A stretch of 64,000 bases of DNA from contig DATGEQ010000114.1 in NCBI GenBank assembly GCA_035309945.1, forward strand, positions 4,266-68,265, in the 5' to 3' direction. The DNA comes from Gemmatimonadales bacterium (GTDB lineage Bacteria > Gemmatimonadota > Gemmatimonadetes > Gemmatimonadales > GWC2-71-9). Positions 1 through 9,365 of this stretch are shown one piece after another. The notes beneath the pieces were generated by a model. It was given only the letters and a program-made list of their open reading frames with translations, ran no database searches and was not told where the DNA came from. The position numbers and the translations under genes were made by a program. Numbering within the stretch: the stretch's first letter is position 1; every line of letters starts with the position of its first letter.

Positions 1-608
1 CGCTCACGCTCTGGCTGCCCGCGCCCATCAGCCTGACGCCAGCCGAACGCGCGGCGATCCCGCCGACGGCGCTCGCGCTTGGTATTGTGCTACTGATTTC
101 GGCGGGGTTGGTGTGGTACGCGGGACGTGCGGTGCATTCCCGCCCCGCGCTCGCCGTCATGGGCTACGCGCTCGTCGTGATCGCGACGCCGATCGTGTCA
201 GGACGGTTGCTGGCCGCCGTGGGAGAGGACCGCTCGGCAGCGACGCTGGCTCGCGTCATCCACAACAGCGGAGGTGACCGCGTCGCTGTCATGGGTGTCT
301 CGGCATTCCCGACGTCCTTGCCGTTTTATCTGCGTCGCACGATTCCGGTCGCAACCGCCACCGGTGACGAGCTGACAAGCACCTTTATCGCCGATCATCA
401 GAAAGACTTTCGCGCAGACAGCACAGGGCCGCTCAAACCGGCCGACGCCTGGCGCGAGCGGATTGCGCATTGCCGGACTCCCACCGTTTTCGTCGCCCGA
501 GCGGGCGACATGCGATTCCGGGCCCAGCTCGATTCGGTGCTCCCCCTGCTTGCGGTAGAAGGCCATTACGCGGCGTACGGACCATGTGCGGCATCTTCGG
601 CGCGATAG
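1..608 (+). CDS. C-terminal fragment of a membrane glycosyltransferase (ArnT/PMT-like, GT39/GT83 type); 5' end outside window
   Basis: Frame 3 is open from the window edge (LTLWLPAPISLTPAERAAIPP..) and runs into listed ORF 87..608. Hydrophobic helices are followed by a soluble tail. Family assignment rests on recollection of similar C-termini, not on a diagnostic motif. Confidence 0.4.
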   Translation, partial: LTLWLPAPISLTPAERAAIPPTALALGIVLLISAGLVWYAGRAVHSRPALAVMGYALVVIATPIVSGRLLAAVGEDRSAATLARVIHNSGGDRVAVMGVSAFPTSLPFYLRRTIPVATATGDELTSTFIADHQKDFRADSTGPLKPADAWRERIAHCRTPTVFVARAGDMRFRAQLDSVLPLLAVEGHYAAYGPCAASSAR

Positions 609-2395
609 CACGCGGCGACGCGCCCCTGCGTCATCCCGAAGCGATTTACCGCATGGCGGCGGCATTGCGACATCGCGGCCCGGACGGCGAGTCCATCGTC
701 GGGCACGAGCGTGCCCGCCTCGGCGCGCGGCGACTCGCGATCATGGATCTCACGACTGGGGACCAGCCATTTCAGAGCCCCGACGGGAAGATCTGGATGG
801 TTTGCAATGGCGAGATCTACAACGCGCCGGCGCTGCGCCGCGAGGCGAGTACCTGGGGATATCCGTTTCGCTCGCACGGCGACATCGAAACCATTGTCCC
901 GTTCTACGAACGCTTCGGTCCGGAGGCCGTTGCGCGGCTCGAAGGCATGTTCGGACTCGCCGTCTGGGATGACGCGCGCCGCCGTCTGCTGCTCGCGCGC
1001 GACCGCGCCGGCGAGAAGCCGCTCTTCTGGACCGATGTCTCCGGTGAGCTGCGCTTTGCGTCCGAGATTCAGGCCCTGCTGGAATTCCCCGATCAGATCC
1101 GGCGGGTGAATCGGAAGGCGCTGGCGCTCTATCATGCGCTGGGCTACGTGCCCGCGCCCTACACCATGTTCGAAGGGATTCACAAGCTCCCCCCCGCGTC
1201 GCTGCTGGTAGCCGCGGATGGACACATCGACGTCACGACGTACTGGAGCGCCGCCGCCGCCGCGAGCCGGCCGTCATCCCTGACTTTCCAGAATACTGCC
1301 GCGTTGCGCGAGACACTGCTGCGCGCGGTGGAGCGAGAACTGATGTCGGACGTTCCACTCGGCGTATTCACGAGCGGCGGGCTCGACTCCTCGTTCCTGA
1401 TCGCGGCAGCGGCGCGCGTGATCCCGGGCGAACGGATTCACACCTATGCGATCCGGTTCACCGAACCGGGCTACGACGAAAGCGCGTACGCCGAGGCCGT
1501 CACCCACGAGATCGCGAGCGTACATCACGTCGTCACGGCAGACGACGAATCGTTGGGCCGCGCGCTCGAGGTCGTGTCGCGGTCTCTCGCGGAGCCGCTT
1601 GGCGATCCCGCGGTCTTGCCCACCTGGCTCCTCGCCGAGGCAGCGCGTGAAGACGTGAAAGTCGTCCTCTCCGGCGAAGGCGCCGACGAGCTCTTCGGCG
1701 GCTATCCCACCTATCTGGGCCACAAGTTCGCGGCGACGTGGCAGGCGATCCCGGGCCCCCTGCGCCGCAGCGCGCGCTGGGCCGTCGAGCGCTGGCCGTC
1801 GTCGACCGGCAAGATGACGTTCGAGTACATGCTCAAGCAGTTCCTGGCGGCGTCCGATCGGCCGTGGCTGGAGCGGCATCTCACCTGGCTCGGCGCGCTG
1901 TCGATCGAGAACGGTGTCATCCCGGAGCTCGCCTCCAAGCTGGACCGCTTTCCGCATGACGATCCGCTGAATCGCGTGCTCTGGTTCGACTTCCTGACCT
2001 ACCTGCCCGATGACCTGCTCGTGAAGGTCGATCGCGCGACCATGCTGGCGTCCGTCGAGGCGCGGGCGCCGTTTCTCGACCGCGAGGTCATGGAGCTGGT
2101 TCTCCCGGGTCCCGCTCGTTCCAAGGTGCATGGCCTCACGACCAAGGCGATATTAAAGGAAGCAGCGCGTGGCCTCGTGCCGCGCAAGGTGATCGACCGG
2201 CGCAAACGCGGCCTGTCTGTTCCCGTGGCGCGGTGGCTCAATACGGGACTCGCCCCTCTGGCCGACCGTTTGCTGGACACACCGCTCCTCACCGAACACA
2301 AGAGCGGTCGCCGTAACCACGCGCGACGTTTGTGGCCGCAGCTCATGCTCGCCCTCTGGGCGGAACGTTGGAACATGGACATTCATGAATCGTGA
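584..2395 (+). CDS. asnB: asparagine synthase (glutamine-hydrolysing)
   Basis: Listed ORF 470..2395. Start moved to ATG 584 because it gives the obligatory N-terminal M-C-G-I-F-G Cys nucleophile of class-II amidotransferases. PP-loop SGGLDSS is present (..VFTSGGLDSSFL..). Confidence 0.9.
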   Translation: MCGIFGAIARGDAPLRHPEAIYRMAAALRHRGPDGESIVGHERARLGARRLAIMDLTTGDQPFQSPDGKIWMVCNGEIYNAPALRREASTWGYPFRSHGDIETIVPFYERFGPEAVARLEGMFGLAVWDDARRRLLLARDRAGEKPLFWTDVSGELRFASEIQALLEFPDQIRRVNRKALALYHALGYVPAPYTMFEGIHKLPPASLLVAADGHIDVTTYWSAAAAASRPSSLTFQNTAALRETLLRAVERELMSDVPLGVFTSGGLDSSFLIAAAARVIPGERIHTYAIRFTEPGYDESAYAEAVTHEIASVHHVVTADDESLGRALEVVSRSLAEPLGDPAVLPTWLLAEAAREDVKVVLSGEGADELFGGYPTYLGHKFAATWQAIPGPLRRSARWAVERWPSSTGKMTFEYMLKQFLAASDRPWLERHLTWLGALSIENGVIPELASKLDRFPHDDPLNRVLWFDFLTYLPDDLLVKVDRATMLASVEARAPFLDREVMELVLPGPARSKVHGLTTKAILKEAARGLVPRKVIDRRKRGLSVPVARWLNTGLAPLADRLLDTPLLTEHKSGRRNHARRLWPQLMLALWAERWNMDIHES

Positions 2396-2963
2396 ACAGG
2401 CCGTAGCGCTCATGAACGAGCACACGCAGTCGCCGTCGCTGCGCCAGCACATGCTTGCCGTCGAGGCCGCGATGCGCGCGTATGCCGCGAAGTTCGGCGA
2501 AGACCCGGAGCCGTGGGGCTTGGTCGGCCTGCTGCACGATTTTGACTATGAGAAGTATCCCAACCAGGAGCACTCGGCGACCGAGGGCCACCCGGCGTGG
2601 GGCGTGAATCTGCTGCGGTCCAAGGGCGTCGCCGATCCGCTGCTGCGGGCCATTCTGGGCCATGCGACCTACTCCGGCGTACCGCGTGACACGCAGCTGG
2701 CCAAAACGCTGTTCGCGGTCGACGAGCTGTGCGGATTTCTCGTCGCCTGCGCGCTCGTGCGCCCGTCCAAGAGTTTTCGCGATCTCGAAGTCTCGTCGGT
2801 GAAGAAAAAACTGAAGGACAAAGCGTTCGCGCGGGGCGTGAATCGCGAGGAGGTGCGTCAGGGCGCCGAAGAGCTTGGCGTGCCGCTCGACGAGCATATC
2901 GCGTTCTGCATTCAGGCGCTCCGGACGGTCGAGCCGTCACTGGGGGGGGGCCTCGGCGGGTGA
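2385..2963 (+). CDS. HD-domain (HDIG-type) metal-dependent phosphohydrolase
   Basis: ORF 2385..2963; H..HD signature (..QHMLAVE.. / ..GLLHDFDYEKYP..). The 3' end contains a G9 run and overlaps the next start (GTGA). Confidence 0.75.
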   Translation: MNREQAVALMNEHTQSPSLRQHMLAVEAAMRAYAAKFGEDPEPWGLVGLLHDFDYEKYPNQEHSATEGHPAWGVNLLRSKGVADPLLRAILGHATYSGVPRDTQLAKTLFAVDELCGFLVACALVRPSKSFRDLEVSSVKKKLKDKAFARGVNREEVRQGAEELGVPLDEHIAFCIQALRTVEPSLGGGLGG

Positions 2964-4396
2964 CCGCGACCGCTCCGTCCACCGTCCCCTTTTCGCGGGC
3001 GCTCGACCGTGCCACGGGCGCGCGGCCGATCCCGGGGAACATCGTGCGCCACATCGCCGTCAGCAGCGATGCATTGAACACGATGCTCGAGGTGATTGCA
3101 AGCGCGCGGCGCACGGTCCATTTCGAGAACTACATGATCCACGACGACGCGACCGGCAGCCGCTTTGCGACGGCGTGGGCGGACCGTGCGCGCGCCGGCG
3201 TGCGTGTTCGCGTGCTGTACGACGCGTTCGGCTCACGCAGCACCAGCGCGGGCTATTGGCGTGAGCTGCGCAGCTACGGCGTAGACGTCCGGCCGTTTCG
3301 CCCGATCTGGACCAGTGGCCCGATCGAGGCGTTCAGCCGGGATCACCGCAAGCTGCTGGTTGTGGATGGCGAGCGCGCGATGACGGGCGGCCTCTGCATC
3401 GGCGACGAGTGGGCCGGCGACGCGGACGACGGTCAGGCCTGCTGGCGCGACACCATGGTGCTGGTATGCGGTCCGGCTGTCGCCGCGCTCGACGCATCGT
3501 TCGGACGGATGTGGGCGCGCGCCGGCAGGGCGTTGCGCGAAGACGAGACGAATCCGGTGCCGGAGGAATGCGGCCCGTCAGCCGTGCGGGTCGTGGAAGG
3601 ATTCCCCGGCCAGTCGCGCGTCTATCGCGCGGTGCAGCTGCTCGCCGCCGCCGTGACGGAGCGACTGTGGATCACCGATGCCTATCTCGTCGCGCCGTTG
3701 CCGCTGTATGCCGCGTTCCTCGACGCGGCGCGCAGCGGCGTGGACGTGCGATTGCTGTTGCCCGGCGCGTCCGACATTCCGCTGGTCCGCCTCTTCACGC
3801 GCGCCGGTTATCGCGAGCTGCTGCACGCGGGCGCGCGCATCTTCGAGTACCGCGGCCCCATGCTGCACGCCAAGACGCTCGTCGCGGATCACGAATGGGC
3901 GCGCGTCGGCTCCAGCAACCTCAACGTCTCCAGCCTGCTCGGCAATTACGAGCTCGATCTCGTCGCCGAGCACGACGGGTTGACCGCGTCGCTCGCGACG
4001 CAGTTCTTGCACGACATGGCGCAGAGTCGCGAGGTTGTGCTGGCGCGGCGGCGCCTGCCGCTGCCACTGCCGCCGCGCCTCGTCGACACGGCGGCGGTCC
4101 CGGCGACCACGTGGCACGACGTCGTGCCGAGCGCGCCGCCGCCGCCCCAGCACAAGCGGACGATGCGAGCGCGCCAAGCCGCAGCCGTGGTCGCGTTGAT
4201 GCAGGTGGCCGGCGGCGCGCGACGCATGCTGGCGGGCGCCGCCGCAGCGTTTTTCCTGGTGATCGGTGTACTGCTCATCATCTTTCCCCTCGTGACCAGC
4301 ACCATCATCGCCGTAGGCGCGCTGGCTAGCTCGTTATGGCTCGCCGGCTTCGCCGTCGCCCGCCGGCGGCGGCGCCGGGAGAGCGATGTCCGCTGA
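2960..4396 (+). CDS. phospholipase D / cardiolipin-synthase-like protein with C-terminal TM anchor
   Basis: ORF 2729..4396, start placed at GTG 2960 (GTGA overlap with the HD stop). Two HKD motifs (HRKLLVVDG and HAKTLVAD..GSSNLN). Hydrophobic C-terminus (AAAFFLVIGVLLIIFPLVTSTIIAVGALASSLWLAGFAV). Confidence 0.85.
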   Translation: MTATAPSTVPFSRALDRATGARPIPGNIVRHIAVSSDALNTMLEVIASARRTVHFENYMIHDDATGSRFATAWADRARAGVRVRVLYDAFGSRSTSAGYWRELRSYGVDVRPFRPIWTSGPIEAFSRDHRKLLVVDGERAMTGGLCIGDEWAGDADDGQACWRDTMVLVCGPAVAALDASFGRMWARAGRALREDETNPVPEECGPSAVRVVEGFPGQSRVYRAVQLLAAAVTERLWITDAYLVAPLPLYAAFLDAARSGVDVRLLLPGASDIPLVRLFTRAGYRELLHAGARIFEYRGPMLHAKTLVADHEWARVGSSNLNVSSLLGNYELDLVAEHDGLTASLATQFLHDMAQSREVVLARRRLPLPLPPRLVDTAAVPATTWHDVVPSAPPPPQHKRTMRARQAAAVVALMQVAGGARRMLAGAAAAFFLVIGVLLIIFPLVTSTIIAVGALASSLWLAGFAVARRRRRRESDVR

Positions 4397-4985
4397 AGCG
4401 CCGTTTCAACCTCCCGGCAGCCCTGCGCGTATGGCAAGCAGCGAACCCGACGCGGCTCTGGTTGCCAAGACCGTCGCAGGCGACCGAGCCGCTTTTGGGG
4501 TGCTCGTGGAGCGCTATGCGGGTCAGGCGCGCCGCGTGGCGCGGGCGGTGTTGGGCGATCCGGACGATGCGGACGACGCGGCACAGGACGGCTTTCTCTC
4601 CGCCCTGGTGAAGCTGGAGCAATACGATGCGAAACGCCCGTTTGGACCCTGGCTGATGCGAATCGTGGCGAATGCGGCGACCGATCGGCGCCGGCGTCGC
4701 ACCGTGAGACAGGCAGAGCCGCTCGACCCGTCGCTCGTGGGCGGCGGCCCGCGGCCCGATGCCGCCGCGGTGCGGAGCGAGCTGGGTGACCGGCTGCGCA
4801 CCGCACTGGGCGAACTGCCCGAACGCCGCCGCACGGCTGTCGTGCTGTTCGATGTCGAAGGGTATTCGCACGCGGAAATCGCGCAAATTCTGGGAATTCC
4901 TGAAGGAACAGTGCGGTCCGAAGTTTTTCACGCGCGTCGCCGTCTACGCACGCTGCTGTCCGATTGGAAGGAGCATGTACGATGA
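4386..4985 (+). CDS. ECF (sigma-70 family) RNA polymerase sigma factor
   Basis: Region 2 (DDAAQDGFLSALVKLEQYD..FGPWLMRIVAN) and region 4 HTH (VVLFDVEGYSHAEIAQILGIPEGTVRSEVFHARRRL). Confidence 0.9.
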   Translation: MSAEAPFQPPGSPARMASSEPDAALVAKTVAGDRAAFGVLVERYAGQARRVARAVLGDPDDADDAAQDGFLSALVKLEQYDAKRPFGPWLMRIVANAATDRRRRRTVRQAEPLDPSLVGGGPRPDAAAVRSELGDRLRTALGELPERRRTAVVLFDVEGYSHAEIAQILGIPEGTVRSEVFHARRRLRTLLSDWKEHVR

Positions 4986-5368
4986 ACGAACTGCCGTCTT
5001 CAGACTTTCGTCCCGATCCGGAGCTTGCCGCCGTGCTGCGTAGCGCGCTCGAGCCGAGCACCGATCAGGCGACCTTCGTAGCCCGCGTCATGGCGCAATA
5101 CGACCGTGCACGCGAGCGCGGCCCGGTACCCATTCCCACGTTTGACGTCCTGGCGTCGTGGTTCCGCCCCGGTGTTGCAGCCGCCTTGGCGGGAGCGGCG
5201 CTGATCGCCGGCATCCTGTTCGGCCGCACCATGCTCAATCCGGCGACACCCGCGTCGATCGAGACCGCGCTCGCGCCCGCGGAGGGTTCGGGCCTCGCGG
5301 ATCTCGTCACGTCCCCGAATCCACCGGACGCCAGCGTCGCGTATACGTCGCTCGTCGATCAACGCTAG
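4982..5368 (+). CDS. putative single-pass anti-sigma factor
   Basis: ATGA overlap with the sigma-factor stop (ATG 4982). One central TM helix (GVAAALAGAALIAGILFG). No zinc motif; the call is by position only. Confidence 0.45.
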   Translation: MNELPSSDFRPDPELAAVLRSALEPSTDQATFVARVMAQYDRARERGPVPIPTFDVLASWFRPGVAAALAGAALIAGILFGRTMLNPATPASIETALAPAEGSGLADLVTSPNPPDASVAYTSLVDQR

Positions 5369-5386
5369 AAAGAGGAAGCTCGAGAC

Positions 5387-5797
5387 ATGCTGAATCGATC
5401 GAAACTCGCCGCCGTCGGTTTGCTGGCCGCCGTATTTGTGGCGGGCGGGCTGGCCGGCTGGGGCGGCCGCGAGGCCGCGGCGCGCGATGCCCACGGGCCC
5501 GGCGGGCATCATGGCCCCGACGCCGTCGTCGCGTATCTGAGCCGCGAGCTGAAGTTGAGCGACGCCCAGCGCGATTCGGTGCGTGCGATCCTCGCGCGCC
5601 ATCGCCCCGAGACCGACGCGCTGTGGGCGCAGGTGCGGCCGCGCTTCGACTCGATCAAGTCGCGGGTGCGCGCGGAGATCGATGCCCAGCTGACGCCGGA
5701 TCAGCGCGTGCGGCACAAGCAACTGATCGATCAGGCTGAGCATCAGCGTAGAGAGCGGGAAGACTCGGCGAAAGCTGAGCGGGGGGAGCGTCACTAA
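5387..5797 (+). CDS. periplasmic Spy/CpxP-family (LTXXQ) protein
   Basis: Signal/TM N-terminus. Two LTXXQ-type motifs (LSDAQ, LTPDQ) in a charged helical protein. Confidence 0.6.
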   Translation: MLNRSKLAAVGLLAAVFVAGGLAGWGGREAAARDAHGPGGHHGPDAVVAYLSRELKLSDAQRDSVRAILARHRPETDALWAQVRPRFDSIKSRVRAEIDAQLTPDQRVRHKQLIDQAEHQRREREDSAKAERGERH

Positions 5798-7071
5798 TGC
5801 GCTGGATCGCAGGTGTCCTGACGATAGTCGTCGCGGTTCCCGCGTCGGCGCAGCAAGTCTCCGTTACGCTTCAAGAAGCCGTCAACCGGGCATTGCGGGT
5901 GCAACCCGCAATGGTCCAAGCCCGCGGCGACGAAAGCAACGCCGGCGCGCAGCGCCTCGCCGCCGTCGGCGCATTCATTCCTGCAGTCACGCTCAACTCG
6001 AGCGCGTTCCGCCAAAACATCGGGTCCATCGTCAACGGCGTGCCGGTGCCGGGGAGCACGTACCAGTACAACACCGGACTCAGCTTCACCGTCGATCTGT
6101 TCGACGGATTGCGGCGCGTGCAGCGCTATCGCAACGCCGCCGCCACGGCGTCCGCCGCGGACGCGGGCTACGTCAATCAGGAGTATCAGGTGACGTTGCT
6201 GACCAAACAGGCCTTCTACAACGCCATCGCGAATGAGGAGCTGGTCCGCGTCGCCCAGTCGCAGCTCGACCGCGCGAAGCAGCAGCTCCAGATCTCGATC
6301 GACAAGCTGCACGCGGGTTCAGCGACCCGCTCGGACTCACTCCGCTCGACCGTCGACTACGGCAATGCCCGGATCGCGCTGCTGCAGGCCCAGGCGAATC
6401 TCGCGACCGCGCAGGCGAATCTCGGCCGTCAGATCGGCATCGACAGCCTCGTCCGCGCCGTGCCCGATACCGCGCTGCCGCCGATGCCGGATTCCACCGG
6501 ACTGCGGACTGCGGCGATCGAAAGCTCCCCGCAGGTCGTGCAAGCCGAGGCGCAAGCCCGCGCCATGTCGGCCACCGTGTGGGATCAGCGTTCGCAGTAT
6601 TTCCCGACGTTGTCGCTCTCGTACAACACGTCGAGCCAGGGATACACGCAGCCGTGGCAGGGATTTAGTCCGACCAATCGCAACATCAACCGCCTGAGCT
6701 TTGCGCTCAGCTGGACGATCCTCAACGGCTTCCAGCGCGAGCAGCAGCAGACGGCCGCGAGCGTGCAGCGCGACGTCGCGCAGGCACACGCGGAAGACGT
6801 GCGCCGCCAGGTCAACGCGTCTCTGACGCAGCAGCTCGCGGCGCTGTCGACCGCGTTCGAGCAGATCAGCATCGCGCAGGACAACGTCGCCGCGGCAACC
6901 GAAGATCTGCGCGTCCAGAACGAGCGCTACCGCGTGGGCGCCGCGACGATTCTCGACCTGCTGACGTCGCAGGCGGCACTCACCCAAGCCGAGGTCAACC
7001 TCGTGCAGACACGCTTCAACTATCTGATCGCGCGCGCGCAGGTCGAGGCGGTCGTGGGGCGGACGCTATGA
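5797..7071 (+). CDS. TolC-family outer membrane efflux protein
   Basis: 424 aa with signal peptide. Duplicated coiled-coil/beta pattern, with the typical C-terminal ..[36 protein letters not shown]. Confidence 0.85.
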   Translation: MRWIAGVLTIVVAVPASAQQVSVTLQEAVNRALRVQPAMVQARGDESNAGAQRLAAVGAFIPAVTLNSSAFRQNIGSIVNGVPVPGSTYQYNTGLSFTVDLFDGLRRVQRYRNAAATASAADAGYVNQEYQVTLLTKQAFYNAIANEELVRVAQSQLDRAKQQLQISIDKLHAGSATRSDSLRSTVDYGNARIALLQAQANLATAQANLGRQIGIDSLVRAVPDTALPPMPDSTGLRTAAIESSPQVVQAEAQARAMSATVWDQRSQYFPTLSLSYNTSSQGYTQPWQGFSPTNRNINRLSFALSWTILNGFQREQQQTAASVQRDVAQAHAEDVRRQVNASLTQQLAALSTAFEQISIAQDNVAAATEDLRVQNERYRVGAATILDLLTSQAALTQAEVNLVQTRFNYLIARAQVEAVVGRTL

Positions 7072-7808
7072 CGGCAACGCAGTCGATGACGTTCCGCACG
7101 GGCGACACGCCGACGCCCGACATCGTGATCCTCACGCATCATCTGACGCGCGAGTATCAGATGGGCGCCGAGGTGGTCCACGCGCTCCGCGGCGTCGACA
7201 TCCAGATCAAGAAGAACGAGTTCGTCGCGATCATGGGGCCGTCGGGCTCCGGCAAGTCGACGCTGATGAACTTGATCGGCTGTCTCGACACCCCGACCGC
7301 CGGGGAGTATTGGCTGAACGGCCAGAAGGTGAGCGATCTGAGCGACGACGAGCTGGCGCGGATCCGCAACAAAGAGATCGGCTTCGTTTTCCAGACCTTC
7401 AACCTGCTGCCGCGCGCCGACGCGCTGCACAACGTCGAGCTGCCGCTCATCTATGCCGGCATGACGGCCAAGGACCGGCGCGACAAGGCAGCGAACGCGC
7501 TGCGGCAGGTGCAGCTCGCGGACCGCATGGATCACCGGCCCAACGAGCTGTCGGGTGGGCAGCGCCAGCGCGTCGCGATCGCGCGCGCACTGGTGAACGA
7601 CCCGAGCATCCTGCTCGCCGACGAGCCCACCGGCAACCTGGATTCGGCGACGGGCAACGAAATCATGGCGCTGTTCAAGGAACTGCACCGAGCAGGCCAG
7701 ACCATCGTGCTGGTGACGCACGAACACGACATTGCGGCGCACGCGCACCGCCAGATCCATCTGCTCGACGGAAAGATTGCGCGCGATGAGAGGATGGAAG
7801 TTCAGTGA
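7068..7808 (+). CDS. ABC transporter ATP-binding protein (MacB/LolD type)
   Basis: Walker [10 protein letters not shown], signature LSGGQRQR, Walker [14 protein letters not shown] overlap with the TolC stop. Confidence 0.92.
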   Translation: MTATQSMTFRTGDTPTPDIVILTHHLTREYQMGAEVVHALRGVDIQIKKNEFVAIMGPSGSGKSTLMNLIGCLDTPTAGEYWLNGQKVSDLSDDELARIRNKEIGFVFQTFNLLPRADALHNVELPLIYAGMTAKDRRDKAANALRQVQLADRMDHRPNELSGGQRQRVAIARALVNDPSILLADEPTGNLDSATGNEIMALFKELHRAGQTIVLVTHEHDIAAHAHRQIHLLDGKIARDERMEVQ

Positions 7809-9364
7809 ACAAATACGGAGCGGCATTCGCGACGGCGCTGCTGGGCATCGCCGCGTGCCACAAGACGCAGGCCCCGCAGGCGTACGAAGCGGTCCCGGTG
7901 CAGCGTCGCAACATCGTCGTGTCGGCGTCCGCCTCGGGCGCGATCGAGCCGGTGCTCACCGTGGACGTGAAGTCCAAGGCATCCGGCGAAATCATCGCGA
8001 TGAACGACGAGGTCGGTGACGACGTCAAGAAGGGCCAGCTGCTGGCCGAGATCGACCCGCGGATCCCGCGCAACAATCTGGCCCAGGCGCAGGCCAATCT
8101 GCAGGTCGCGCAGGCGCAGCTCTCCAACTCCAAGGCGCAGCTCGCACGCTCCGATACGCTGTTCAAGGCGCAGGCGATCACGCAGACCGAGTACGATCAG
8201 TCCCGGCTCGATTACGCGAACGCCAATGCAGGCGTGATCAAGGCGCAGTCGGACCTCGAGAACGCGCGCGACCGCATGACCGATACGAAGCTGCGCGCCC
8301 CGCTCGCCGGCACGATCATCCAGAAGAACGTGGAGCTCGGCACCGTGATCTCGTCGCCGTCGACGGACGTCGGTGGCGGCACGACGCTGTTCCGCATGGC
8401 GAATCTCGATACGGTCCAGATCCGCGCGCTCGTGGATGAAACAGATATCGGCAAGGTGCAGACGGGCCTGTTGACCACGATCACGGTGGACGCCTATCCC
8501 AACCGGCCGTTCGACGGTTCGGTGCTGAAAGTCGAGCCGCAGGCGACGGTGCAACAGAACGTGACGATGTTCAACGTGCTCATTCGCATCCCGAATCCGG
8601 GACATCTGCTCAAGCCCGGCATGAACACCGAAGTCGAGATTCACGTCGGCCAGCGGCAGAACGTGATCGCCATTCCGAACGCGGCATTGCGCACACCGCG
8701 CGACGTCGCGTCGGCGGCGCAGGTGCTCGGGCTCGACCCCAACGCGGTGCAGCAACAGCTCGCGGCAACACCGCAGCCGCAAACTCCCGCGAATCGCGAC
8801 AGCGCGTCGCTCGGCGGGGGGGTCGCGAATCGCGATTCCGCGGCGCGCCGCGACTCGGCCAAAGCGACCGGGGGCAGCACGATGACGATGCCCGACGGCC
8901 GGACGATCCAGCTCCCACCGGGCGTGACGGAGGCACAGGTTCGCTCCGCATTCCAGAAGCGGATGTCGGGCCAGGAGCTCACGCCCGCCGAGCAGAACGC
9001 GATGTCGGCGATGCGCGCGGCGTTCCAACGTGCGGGCGGTGGCCAAGGTGGCGGGGGGGGCGGGGGCGGGGGGGGCATGCGGCGCGGCGGCGATCAGTCC
9101 AGCTACATCGTGTTCGTACTGAAGCAGGGTAAACCGACGCCGGTGCAGATTCGCACGGGGCTCACGGACCTCGACTACATCGAAGTGGTGAACGGTCTGA
9201 CGGAGCAGGACACGGTGCTCGTGCTGCCGAGCGCGTCGCTCGTGAACGCGCAGCGCGACATGCAGCAGCGCATGCGGCAGTTCACCGGCGGCGGCCTGCC
9301 GGGCGTGCAGCAGCAGACGCCGGCCCGTCCCGCGGCGCCGCCGGCCGCGCCCGCGAGACCGTAG
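7805..9364 (+). CDS. periplasmic adaptor (MacA/HlyD membrane-fusion family) with a poly-Gly linker
   Basis: Lipoyl/coiled-coil/beta-barrel order typical of MFPs (..[26 protein letters not shown].. ..[17 protein letters not shown]..). GTGA overlap upstream. Run of 13 Gly encoded by G8-C-G5-C-G8. Confidence 0.85.
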   Translation: MNKYGAAFATALLGIAACHKTQAPQAYEAVPVQRRNIVVSASASGAIEPVLTVDVKSKASGEIIAMNDEVGDDVKKGQLLAEIDPRIPRNNLAQAQANLQVAQAQLSNSKAQLARSDTLFKAQAITQTEYDQSRLDYANANAGVIKAQSDLENARDRMTDTKLRAPLAGTIIQKNVELGTVISSPSTDVGGGTTLFRMANLDTVQIRALVDETDIGKVQTGLLTTITVDAYPNRPFDGSVLKVEPQATVQQNVTMFNVLIRIPNPGHLLKPGMNTEVEIHVGQRQNVIAIPNAALRTPRDVASAAQVLGLDPNAVQQQLAATPQPQTPANRDSASLGGGVANRDSAARRDSAKATGGSTMTMPDGRTIQLPPGVTEAQVRSAFQKRMSGQELTPAEQNAMSAMRAAFQRAGGGQGGGGGGGGGGMRRGGDQSSYIVFVLKQGKPTPVQIRTGLTDLDYIEVVNGLTEQDTVLVLPSASLVNAQRDMQQRMRQFTGGGLPGVQQQTPARPAAPPAAPARP

Positions 9365-9365
9365 C

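Noticed and set aside
470-583. Upstream extension of asnB (start at 470) and similar long N-terminal extensions (PLD from 2729, ClC from 27156, M14 from 55730, M28 from 28908)
   Set aside because: asnB must begin Met-Cys for the Ntn amidotransferase nucleophile. For the other genes, the extensions overlap upstream genes, lack signal peptides and are compositionally abnormal, while an internal start gives a proper signal peptide or start-stop overlap.
2960-4396. PLD-family protein next to an HD protein as a possible nuclease-type defence pair
   Set aside because: Two full HKD motifs with the GGxCIGDEW/GSSNLN context and a membrane anchor fit cardiolipin-synthase-like lipid enzymes. No helicase, methylase or other defence-associated partner is nearby.
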